The translations under genes and the position numbers were made by a program. The notes under the pieces are model-generated. The model had not been told where the DNA came from. It searched no databases and worked only from the letters and a program-made list of their open reading frames with translations. DNA of 63,595 nucleotides, counting the filler, from Klebsormidium nitens (taxonomy: Eukaryota > Plantae > Klebsormidiophyceae), in the NCBI GenBank assembly GCA_000708835.1. It is 3 parts of 3 records of this genome, joined end to end, with 100 filler letters (N's around TTAATTAATTAA, not from the genome) between each part and the next. Parts side by side here need not be neighbours in the genome. Positions count along the whole stretch, not along the records: positions 1 to 30,106 come from DF237751.1; 2 more parts are not named here. One strand, given 5' to 3'. This document shows positions 1 to 11,020 of the stretch, one piece after another (within the stretch, counting starts at the first letter, position 1; the number at the start of each line of letters is the position of its first letter).

Positions 1-944
1 GCTGCATGTTTCCAGGCATAGTTCATTGCATGTATGTCATGTATGTGTGAAGCACCAATCGCTGGATTATCATCCAGGCGGTTCAGGACGGTATGGGACG
101 CTCCTGAGTGTGCCGCGGCTCAGCTGATGCTGAGAGGGCCTCGCTGCATTCATCATTGACTTCCGCTGCGTAAGCAACTGGCGAGGGAGCCAGGCGAAAC
201 CCTGATTTCGCCACTCTGCTCGCGAGTGTGCTGTTGCTCTGCCCTTGCTGAGAGTTCTCGCCCAGGGTGGGGAACTCGCCAGTGGAGGGATTCTCTAGCT
301 TGTACACACGACTCACGAGTCACATGTCTCTTGCATAAGTGGCAGCACACTTCAACAGCTTGCACGACCGTGTGTAGAGCCTAGACCAGGAAAACCGTAT
401 TCCGAGATGATTGGATTCGAGATGATTGAATGCCCCGGCGGCCCAACTGAATAGATGTCATCATTGCACATATGGCTGGTAGCAAAAGTGCAGGCACAGC
501 GCAATGAATTTGGATACTAATACAATTGCATGGTAGAGGGGTGATTTATGCACTGCGAAGTCTAATGGGGGCCGATGAAAGGTCGTTCGATGTATGCATT
601 GCTAAGATTGCTAGTAATCAGATACTTCTAGCTAGGCTCAGCTCAGAAGCGACTTAGATAGCTTGATCATGCTACACAGAAATGCAAGCGAATACTGATG
701 CATGCAGTAGACCACCCGTTTACTTCACCGTCTCCTCAACTCAAACCGTCCATGATCTGCCTTTGGTTTTTAGTAAACCAGCACGAGGGTCCCCGGAGTC
801 CACTTTAAATACATGCAATCGATCGTCGAAGATCGGATCTGACTCCCAGCTTCCTAGTCACTACTCGCGCATGATTGAATGGTCTCTACAGTGTGAAGCT
901 ACTGCCACCAAGTCAAGCTGATGATGTGCCCGCCCTGGTTATAT

Positions 945-2831
945 TCAAGCCATCGTTGGCAAAACATTGAAGAAATGGTAAACTTCATCACTGTCCAAAA
1001 CGGCTACCTCCGTTCCACAGTCAGCACACTCTACTGGGGAGAAAACCTCCGTGGCTTGTGCACCAGGGCTTGGAACGCTTCCATCTGCACAAAACAACCT
1101 CAAAACTTTAGCACGCAGTTGCAATCGAGTGGACATGCAAACCGTCTCTTGCGGCTTTCGACGGCGCGGTATTACTCCTCAGCAAAAAATGATTGCGCCA
1201 GTCTGGCCAGCAAGAAGGGTCTCCACTGACTCGCGAACCATTCAAAGTCCAGCCACCGAAGCAAAGCTAGGAACGTGAGGGACTTGACTTGCTCAACAAG
1301 ATTTTCCCCGTGCTTGTCTACAGTGTGGTGCTGGAACCGTCAGTAGAGCCACCACAGGCTGATCAAGATTGTGACCTGCTACGCCTTTCTCCATCCTGCT
1401 CTATCAAGAGAACGACCTTCCCAAAAAGCTCGCGCAGTGTTTTATTACAAATGATGCGCCCTCCCGCGCTCAAAATACTAAAGAGAACTCGAAGAGAATC
1501 AAAGGAACTCAGAAAGAACACCAAAGGAACTCAAAGAGAGACAAATTGACTATCAGCAGATATGAAGGCGAAGGTTGCCCGAAACTACTGCAGCCTCACC
1601 CTCTTGCCCCCGCCTGCGCCCCCGCCTGCGCTTCCCCGCTTGCGGCGGCGCCCGCAGGACCTCCCCTTCTTTCACCTTACAGTTGGTCACGAACATGGCC
1701 CGGAACTGGTTCGAGTACAGCTCGTGCTGCTGGCAGTCGATGCACAGCGTGGCAAAGCACGCCGGACAGCTCAGCACCGCGTCCGAAACGCGGCCCGTCC
1801 GCTGGGCGGTCGCCCAGTTTTCATCATGGTCGTCAGCCTCGGGATCGTAATATGCGGCCTCAGACGCGCCTGGCCGGAGGAGGGGAGTTTCAGTGACGAC
1901 TCAGTCACAGACAAGTGGGAAGATCGGCGCCGTATTTTTTCCTCGTTTGGTGGAGTGTCATGGCAACAATTCAACCCCGCCCCGCTTGAAGCTCTCTTCA
2001 GATGGAACTGCGACGACAGCTTTCTCCGACGCAAAAGTCTCAGGACAGCAAAGACAAGTTTCTCGAACAATTTCTCAGGACAGGTAGTCGTAATCTGTGT
2101 GCCAACAGATCGACGAAGAGAATGGAAAAGCAATGGCACGAAAACTGGACGATGAAGAAAGTGGCGTCCGAGGAGATTCCATCAAAAGCTGTCGGAATAT
2201 ATCGGTGCGCAGAAGGACAGCTGAACTACCGGGTAAAACTTGTTCACTAGATTGACGATGCTTGTCGATTTCAAGCTGCTAAACACAAGAAAACCAGGCT
2301 GATAAGGTTGCGGCCCTGAGCGAACCTGGACAGCAGGGCTGTGCTCATTCAGGTCCACTCAAGTCCCAAAAACCCGTGTAAAGAGCCACTTCCATGTACA
2401 AGAACAGGGAAGGCAAACACCGCATGCCACAAACAACAACGACTTACAGCTATTATATAATCAGTCCCAGTATGCTGCTCTGTAGAGTCATATGCGGGAT
2501 CAGACAGTATCTGCAGGTAAACTTTTGAACCCTCTTTTGAATACTTCGTTCTGTGGATCCTCTGGCCCAAGCATTTGCCGCCCTAATTGTCCATTTCCAA
2601 CTGTGCATGAGGCAATCTGAAAAGCGTTGGAAACAACTAAGAACTCTCACATACGAAATGATAAGCAAAAAGATGTGTTGGTCCCACACCTGTTTCTCCC
2701 TCATCTTCGCTGGAATCCATAGCGGCTCCTTCTGATCGATCCCCGTCTGCTGCTTGCAAAGGTTCATCTGTTTTCCCCAACTTTGGCATACTCTCCCCGT
2801 TCTCTGCTTCCTTGCCCCTGCCGCCCCACAT
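945..2831 (-). CDS. EAPP: E2F-associated phosphoprotein (Eapp_C family), 3 exons, ~183 aa
   Basis: Exons 2831-2690, 1869-1600 and 1084-945 join in frame (phase 1, 1) with GT-AG sites. The product contains YYDPEADDHDENW...SDAVLSCPACFATLCIDCQQHELYSNQFRAMFVTNC and VECADCGTEVAVLDSDEVYHFFNVLP, the EAPP C-terminal signature. The start Met is uncertain. Confidence 0.9.
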
Positions 2832-2946
2832 GGTCGGAAAATCAAAATGCCCCTCCTTACGCTATGATAGCCCTCGAATTTTGTAGGTGCCCGCCCACTG
2901 GTTGGAGTACAAAGTATGACCTCAAGCTATTGCTTTCTGCTCATCT

Positions 2947-3622
2947 TCAACTCTTCTGGTCTGCTTGCTGCGTCTTGGGTGCTGCTTCTACTGCGTCAGG
3001 CGCACTCTGTATCGGCTTCTCGCCTTGCTTCTGCTCCACGTAGTATTGATCCACCGCGGGTTTGAAAATGTAGGTCCCGGACAAGATGCCCAGCCTGAAG
3101 ATAAAATACTCAAATGAGTATTCTGAAAAGGAGAAAGCACAATCCCAAAAGGCAAAGAAACATAATGACTAGAATATCAGAACTCCATATGGTCACGAAA
3201 TCTGCATCATGCTCTGGCGCCCTGAAATGTACAGCAATGGTTGCCTTGGTGGAGCGGCCTCTCCATTGGTCTTCCGTTTACCTACATTTGTTCGGTTGTA
3301 GAAAGTGTTTCCTTGTACCTTTGTTGGGAATCAGCATCTGAGAGCAAACACACAAACAGACAGCGTACTTGAAAGACACGGAACACGACACAATCAGCTT
3401 CGCTGAAGGCGGCAAGGATTTCTTAGAAATGATCATAAGTACGAAACCACCAAAACTACCACCTTGTCAGCTTTTTCCAAACCTTTTCAGAAAGTCTTCA
3501 TGTCAGTCAAGAAACAGCATACTTCTTCAAACACAGGAAACGTGCTTTACTTAAGATTGGTTTACGCACCCTGCTGCCATCACCACCGTGCTGATGGGCA
3601 ATCCACGCTGCCTTCTGTACAT
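2947..3622 (-). CDS. PIGBOS1-like single-pass microprotein, 2 exons, 66 aa
   Basis: Exons 3622-3570 (donor GG|GTGCGT) and 3094-2947 (acceptor TTCAG|) splice to MYRRQRGLPISTVVMAAGLGILSGTYIFKPAVDQYYVEQKQGEKPIQSAPDAVEAAPKTQQADQKS*. The basic N-terminus plus GI.SG.YIF.P...Y motif resembles animal PIGBOS1 as I recall it (LGIAGGVYIFQPVFEQY). Confidence 0.75.
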
Positions 3623-3813
3623 GCTGATGTTGCTTGGCGCCAAAGCGCCTCTGATCACGCTTGATGCGGCGCAGAGCTACGCACACAAAGCCACCACCAC
3701 CACCATGCCAGTTGGCACTTTGCAGGACATGGTTAAGGGGTCAGGTTACTGGTTAGCGGACGGGTTCATGTTCAGTGGGTCGACTTGGGTTATTTAACCC
3801 ACTTGGGTTGTAA

Positions 3814-3822
3814 TTAGGGTTT
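3814..3822 (-). promoter_or_regulatory. telo-box (AAACCCTAA) in the divergent microprotein/SERF promoter
   Basis: TTAGGGTTT at 3814-3822; a second AAACCCTAA lies in the SERF intron at 4760-4768. Telo-boxes are known cis-elements of plant translation/growth genes. Function here is untested. Confidence 0.35.
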
Positions 3823-4431
3823 GCTTTCAACCATCGTGACATAAAGTACTAGATTCGACTTTTTGCCTCCCTGTATTGGCATGTCAATTTCGCGGTAAAG
3901 CTGTTTTATTCGTGATCCTATTGGCTAAACCCTTACCGCCTGCCAACGTGGCACCATCGAGCATTGACCTTAAAGACCGCGCACCGTCGATTCATCTTCC
4001 ACTTGATCCAAACCGTTCACTGGCAAACATTCATCGTCCGGCAGGGAAACCCCTAACCTACTATGCATGTACCCTGAAACCTACTCTAACGCACTCTAAC
4101 CTACTCTGAACCACTCTAACCCCCAAACCCTGCCGCACCCACGAGGCAACAAATCAGACACATTGGATAAACCCAGACTATAAACCCCGGAAATGCCTCC
4201 CGGTTAGGAAGGCCATTTTCATTGAGTAGGTAGTTAATATTACTACAGCTTCTCCCGACCATCTTGCCAGTAGTACTAGAGTAGATTTGAGCAGCTCTCA
4301 GAGTCAGAGTGAAGGTCATTCAAATTGTTGGGGAGGCGTTTGAGAGGGGAGGAGTGCATCACTGCGTATAAGAGGGGACTGGGACTTTTTCTAGGAAGCA
4401 GCAGAGGCTTGGATCTGGGTGCTGGAGAACG

Positions 4432-4906
4432 ATGACGCGGGGCAACCAGAGAGAAAAGGATAGAGAACGGGCTGCGGCGCGCAATGCTAAGGCTGGGCAA
4501 AAGGCAGACGATGGGCTGACCCCACAACAACGACGAGAAAGGTCAGTGAGATCTGCCATAGCTTGCTGTTTTAAAGGCAACTGTACTGCTTGGCGCTGGC
4601 CCCTATTGAACAACTCAGTATCAGCTGGTATTTTGTTTATCATTGTCTTCTGCAGTGCAAAGGTTGAGGGCAGAAGCGTTGGCTTGGTTGCAAGTCGATT
4701 TTGCTTTCTTGTGTGAAAAGTTGAGATCCGAGTTTAATGTCTTGCTTGGGACTCTTATCAAACCCTAATTCTGCTCGATTGGATTAGCACCTAAAGCTTG
4801 AGCGGCTCGCAGGGATGGCAAGTTGTTGCAAGAAAAAGCAGCCAAAAAGGCGGCCCAGGCTGCTGCTGCCGCGGCTGGGGGCTCAGCCTCCTCAGCCAAA
4901 AAATGA
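4432..4906 (+). CDS. SERF: Small EDRK-rich factor (4F5/SERF family), 2 exons, 67 aa
   Basis: Exons 4432-4541 and 4813-4906 (phase 2) give MTRGNQREKDRERAAARNAKAGQKADDGLTPQQRRERDGKLLQEKAAKKAAQ...KK*, the typical SERF sequence pattern. Confidence 0.93.
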
Positions 4907-6664
4907 GTCCCCAGGTTGAGGTAACTTGCCTCACCATATTTGTTCGCGGGCTTGTGAGGAATGCAGGGATGGTTTCTGAGGGATCTCATGCCTAGAACCA
5001 GACTTCTCACCTTTCTTGAACACAACCAGCTTTTGTCTAACGGACATAGAGTCATATCAGGGCACGAACGACTGTGATTGTGCCAAGTGGCGTCGCTGAA
5101 AGAATGAAAGCGCGGCACCTTAGCTTCGAAGCTCGCAAGAAGAACTGGCTGGACGGAACTAGAAGCCAGGATTAACCCTCTATGGTTAGATCCGATTCTT
5201 TACAAAAGCTTCGATATGGCATTCTGAGTTTATGGCCTTGGTTTGAAAGTCCGTTTGTTGGCTCTCCCCAGGCGTGACATCGGATCCCTTGGATCCATCT
5301 GTCCTCTCATCTTTCTTATCCTTCTCTGAGTTGAAAGAAGCGGCAGCAACTTAAGGACCTTGATGTAATGTGCAGGGATGCCAAAGCACTGGCTGAAAAG
5401 AGAGCAAAGAAAGAGGCCGCAGCAAAAGAGGGCGCTCAGGCGAGTGGGTCGAAGATTTGACATTGGTGCTGAGCTGAGCCCGAGCTGGAAGTCTTCTGGC
5501 GCTGGTCAGTCAGCTCGGCAGCGAATGGGTTTGAATTTGGAAAGGGCGATGAAACGAGATCAGATTTGACCACTTTGCAGCGGAGCGCTTGACCAGGAAA
5601 AACCGAAGATTTAAAGGTAACGTTGAGCTACGTAATCTTGAACACGTGGAGGTGGCTCCAAAAAGATCTGCTTTCAGAACATGGAGACCCGAGTTCACGT
5701 TAGATCGTGGATGGACTGGAACGATGAGATGAGGGAATCCTCTGACGTTGCTAGTGGTACTTTAGTACACCGGCAACCACTGGTACAGCACTGATTGCAC
5801 TATTGATTGAAGCATAGTACGTCTAAACTTAGCGGTGGAATCAGCCTAGCCTGCATCTAATCCAACTAATGCCATGCGTTTGTGTCTCAATGTGCATGCC
5901 ATGGTATTCGCGTATATCTATTGCATGAAGACTGTCCGTACAGTGCCAGACTATCGTGCATGATGATGCGGTCCAGATTTGCGTTCAATAGTTGAAACAT
6001 GCTAGCTGAATTGCATACGAAGGTAGTGACAACAGAGCATATCTCGTCACGCGTGCCTAGTCGCACTGAACTCATGTAATATAACGTCAATTCGACGAAC
6101 TATATCATCAAGCGCAACGATCAGGGCCGGCCCATGTGCTTTCAAGTTGATCATTTCGAGCACGACATGATCGTTGGATGCGCAAGGAAGCACCATGCCG
6201 GGTCGGGCAATACACAGTGCTGGCATGGTTTATTCTTGCAGAACACAATGGTCCAGGCTACATGCCAATAACTGTGCGCTCGCGCCAAACCAAGGTAGTC
6301 CATTCAACTCACTGGTGAAAATCTGAGTACAACGACTGGCAATCTGATCAGAATCATGCCAATTCAAATAACTCCACTGCCGAGTAACAAAATGATGGAT
6401 TTGGAACAAGCCATACTAATGACGCCAATTCCCAAGGTGACAAAAGCAGGTGACCAACATCATCGTGAACTTCTGGCAGAGGTGCTTTCAAAAGTGTTCA
6501 GCTCCTCTAGTTCCCTTTCTTCTTCTTCTTTGGTCGTGTCCTTTTCCGTTTCTTATTCTCTTCCTCACCCGGCTCTCCCGCACCTTCCTGAGGAGCCATC
6601 GGCGCAGCTGGCCGTTTTCTGTTCCCACTCTTACCCCCAACGCCAGCTCCAGGTTTCTCTATCC

Positions 6665-9600
6665 TCATGGGAGCCGCACGTCCTTCTTCGCTGTTCTGCC
6701 TCCCTCTTCCGCCCCCTCTTCCACCCCCCCGTGCAACATGCTGCGGCTTTCCTGAGCCCCCCCCCCACCTCGTTGCTGGATCCGCCCCCCGGAATGGGGC
6801 CTCCCTTCCCTCCCTCTCTGACTGACTGCCTGCTTGCGATTTGCTGCAGCCCCGCGTTCCCGTTCTCCCTCCTCGTCCTCCATGACCGGGTCCAAGGGGA
6901 GTGCGGCCCGACCGGCGTCGCCTCGGGCCGAATTGCCACGTGAGTCCTCCCTAAGCAGGACAACAAAAGAGCATGAGCATCTTATTAATTGCTTTTGCTC
7001 CTTGCCGAATAGACGCCCAATCTGTTTGACTAATAGATCACAGACACGTGCCAGTCTTGAGCCCTGTCAGTCTTTATGGCTAGACCGGAAAGGACCAAGA
7101 GTGTCGTTTCTCACGAGCACTTGGTGGCGAAGTGACGTGAATACCCCGGTCGATCTTCTTCGAGATATTATGGCGTGCTCGAACGCTTCAGCCTGATTGC
7201 GGATATTGGTCCGCGCTTCGACCTTCTCATGGCCCCTTCTGAAGAAATATGTGGGACTTGCCGCGCCTATCAGCTTCTCGGCGCTGCCGAGTGGGACCCA
7301 AAACCGAGCACCTTGGTTTCTATCCGGAAACCTTGAATCCGTCAATCACTAAAGCATACGCCAGCCGAAACCTTCCATTCCGAGGACCGGAAAGTGAGAT
7401 CTCAGTAGGACGCCCAAAAATGGCTTCCAGGAGGTGGCCCAATTTGGAATGGAAGAACACAAAAAGGCGCACCTGGGACTGATATCGGTCCACTCGTCGT
7501 CTGCGTCTACGTCGCTGATGTCACCCTTCATGAAAAAGTCGTCGTCGCTCATGTCGCCCATTCCGTCCTCGCCCTCACTGCCGCTCGCCTCTGCACCACA
7601 AAATCGCGCGTCAGTCCATGAGACTCCCGAGCGCACATGTCACCAAACGTACGATTCCAACCGACAAGGACCTATATGGCTTCTTGAAAGACAGAGTTGA
7701 TAAAGACAAAGACGACTTTGCCCACGTCTGAGCGGCTGAGGTGGGCGTCCACAGAATGCAACGCTGCTCTTTCTTGGGCGAGAAATCCAACAAGTAGTGA
7801 GATCTACAAGAAGTCCTACCTTCCTTTAGCACAACGAAACGCTGGGAATATAATGGTTGATACGCCGGCAACGCTAACACGTGCACAGACGCAGCTCCTT
7901 GGGTCGATTTCGACCATGTCTTTGCCCCAAACTGTGAACAGAGCTACAGTTTATTTGCAGCAAGGCATAATGACTGCAGAAGACAGCCTCAAATGAAGCC
8001 AATGTGATTGACCATAATATGCGAACAAAGAAGGGACAACAGTGGGACAAGGCTTGCCTTCCAGGTCGATCTGTGCTGCCTTTGCGGCAGCTATGTTTGC
8101 CTTCACCCGCTCTCGCATCTCCTGCCTCTTCTGCTGAACCGCCGCATCATCACCGCCCGCAAAGAGGGCAATGTACTTTTGATCCTTGGGGAAGAACTGC
8201 AGGGAACGAGAGGGGGAGCGCTCAACGTGGAGACACGAAAGCTCCAGTGGCACGACACAGAAACAGAACAGCTTCCTTGTGAACAAACAAGCTCAGCACA
8301 ATCAACAGTTAATGCAGGTGGGACTACGAACTGGCTTCAACGTCCAGAGCTTCTGAAGCATTTTGAGCGACAAGTAGCTAGGATTTTGCCTCCAGCTTCA
8401 CAAGCTGTGTGAATACGAGCTTTGCTTCCATCGACTTTGAAATGATTGCTGAAATCGAGCTTGTCTGCTAGCATCCACTGTTGGGCCTGAACAAGAGGAG
8501 CAATGCAGTGGCTGTTGACGAAGTGCGACCCAGGCTCACACTCGACGGGTCCTCTTTCCAAGAAGACACTTGCCTTTGGCAACTACTAATACTAGCAGCT
8601 ACTTTGGCGGTACGCTGAATCCTGATATTATCAGGATGAAGGAGCCAGTCAGTTTACGCCCCTCACTCTGACATACTCCAAATCTTCCTTGAGCTGCGCC
8701 AGCTGGCGGCTGAGCTCAGCCTGCTGCGCCTGCGCATCCGGCCCCGCATCGCTCAAGCCGCGCAGGGCGCGCTCCGTGCGCCGAATGCGCCGCTCCACCT
8801 TCCGCCTCTCTGTGAACACCAGGGGCAGTGGCCCATCAGTCTCCAAGCTCAACACGACGGACGCAGCAAAGGATCCTCGAAATGCACCTGGGCTGGGAGG
8901 TTCGTTGACATCGACGCGAGCGTGTTACGGGCATAGTGATTGGATAAGCAGCTTCCACTGTGCATTATATGTTCGGTCAGAACGGATGCGGGCACAGGAC
9001 AGCTGACAGTGAGTTTTCCGTCATCCAAGACGATGCTGAGACTTGAGCTGACATGAGTTCAGAAAACAAAGGCAGTTCAGCTGGGCAATTTGGGCAGTCG
9101 GTGTCCTCACCGAAGAACTTAATCTTGTGGTACCGCACCGCCAGCTTGCGCTCCAGGTCGCTCTGCGCATGTGCGTCTACGACTTTGCGTAACTCCGCCA
9201 GCTTGGCCTCCTGGGTCGCTTTTATGTCAGGCGCCAAGGTCTACATATAAGAAAGCAATTAAAAGATGATAGCCATTTGTTGTCACAGTGAGTGCTCAGC
9301 TGTGGCAGATCGTTAACTGCTCTGGTCAGGCTAGGTTTCTTCTTGTGCTAAGAAACCGGAGCACAGAAAGTGAGCTGGTGTGCGAGAGCAACATGCAATT
9401 CAAGGCTGAGAAGAGGCCCTTCCGGCCTTGCTCGTCAGATGCGCTGTCAGCATGGCAGCTAATCAGGCTTCACTGCCCATAATGTACTAAAAACCTGCTC
9501 TATCATAAGCACTTTCTCTCCGGCCCCCAACGCATAAGCACTTCTCTCCCGAGCGACCACGGGGTATTCGTTGGGTGCTGACTCTTGCAATGCCTTTTCC

Positions 9601-9812
9601 ATCATATTAAGCGTCAAAGGTCAGCTCACAGTTCTCAGCAGCCGCTCAATGGAGCGTATCTGATTCTTGACGGACGCCGGCTTGGCCTTTTTAACGCCCC
9701 CCTGGGCCTTTAACAGCCCTCGCCGGTCCTCCCCTCTCCCGTGCCCATGGCCGCCGCGCCCAGCTCCGCGAGGCCGCCCGGAGCGCCCTCTCTGGCCCCT
9801 CTCTCTTTGCAT
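6665..9812 (-). CDS. EFG1: rRNA-processing protein EFG1-like, 6 exons, ~332 aa
   Basis: Exons 9812-9630, 9240-9111, 8809-8667, 8196-8058, 7590-7473 and 6950-6665 are all phase-consistent. Motifs: SVKNQIRSIERLLR, ERKLAVRYHKIKFFERRKVERRIRR, LKEDLEYVRFFPKDQKYIALF, acidic SDDDFF. Intron 4 needs a GC donor. Confidence 0.88.
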
Positions 9813-11020
9813 GATTGTAACCCAGCTAGTCCTTGCAGACGTCCAATTCGGTAGAGCTGAGGTGAATGAGAAGTGGGCAATAGGTGGTCAAAGTTGTTGC
9901 GCAGATGAGCGCCCCTACAGCAATCAAACAGCAGGTGCCGTGTCTCTCCTCAATAGTTGCTCTGCCCTTGGTTGAAAATGGGTGCCCCCTTGCAAGTTGC
10001 ACGGCCAGCTTCAACCCTCAGAATCACAGTTGGCTGTCGGACAAGAAAACGAGATGAAAACCTCCTTCTTCAGCAGTGCTCCGGCCTCCCATGTGGGCCA
10101 TTGCCAAGTGTGGAATGACCTCCTCCGCCATCCGATTTTCAGGCCCAACAGCATGGATGACCTGATGTCAACATCATATGTTAAACTGACTTCATTCGCG
10201 AATCACAGTCTTCCTTCTTCCCAACTTGGAACTCTCCGCCAATTGGTGCTTTTGGATGATGCTGACGCTTTTGATGGGAACGCAACCAATGCATGGTAGC
10301 GAGTTCCACTACATAGAGGTGATCCCCAGAGCCTGAGGGTATCCAGAAAGTTGGTGTCGGATTTCTCGGTATCGGATTTTGAAGAGTCGTAGCCAGCAGA
10401 GGCTCGGTGCCGACCGCCGACTTGGTCATAAATTAAGGGTACCGTTCATCGGACGGTATAGAATAACGAAACACAGGTAATCAAATAAGCTGAGATAATT
10501 AAACACTGTATCACTGCTCTGAAATGGGTAGGGTTAGTACGGGGCTTAGGGTGGGTACGGGCCTGTGAAGCGAGTTTTACTACGGGTTACGAGTTCTGGT
10601 TTTAGTCGGGGTTTAGGTATTTAAGGTATAAAATATCGGGTGGCATACATTACGCATTATACATATATCACGGTATATCTGCTAAGTCTCATAAGATGTG
10701 CAGTCCGGCCCAGGCCAGTTGCAGCTAGGCGTGCTCTCTCGCGCCAGTTCGCCGTGAGGACATTGGTCGGAACTGGCACGAAAAGCAAGATCTGCAGATT
10801 TGTTGGCGCGATAATGAAGGCGGGGGTAGGTACCGACCGGCGCGTCCTCTTCGATGATGGGAGCCTTGCAAATCCGACACCCGGAAATCCGACACCAAGT
10901 TTATGGTTATGCCTGAGGTGGCATCATGCACAATGCATTTCTAGGACGTAGAAGCGCCATGGCGTTCAACTGACCACTACTAGTCTATAGCACGGTTGCC
11001 CAAACCCAGAGGAAGCAAAA

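Noticed and set aside
83-316. 77-aa minus-strand ORF, possibly a terminal exon
   Set aside because: No recognisable motif and no linked upstream exon.
1562-2155. 197-aa + strand ORF
   Set aside because: Antisense shadow of EAPP exon 2 and intron.
6356-6943. 195-aa Ser/Pro-rich + ORF
   Set aside because: Antisense shadow of the purine-rich EFG1 last exon and 3' region.
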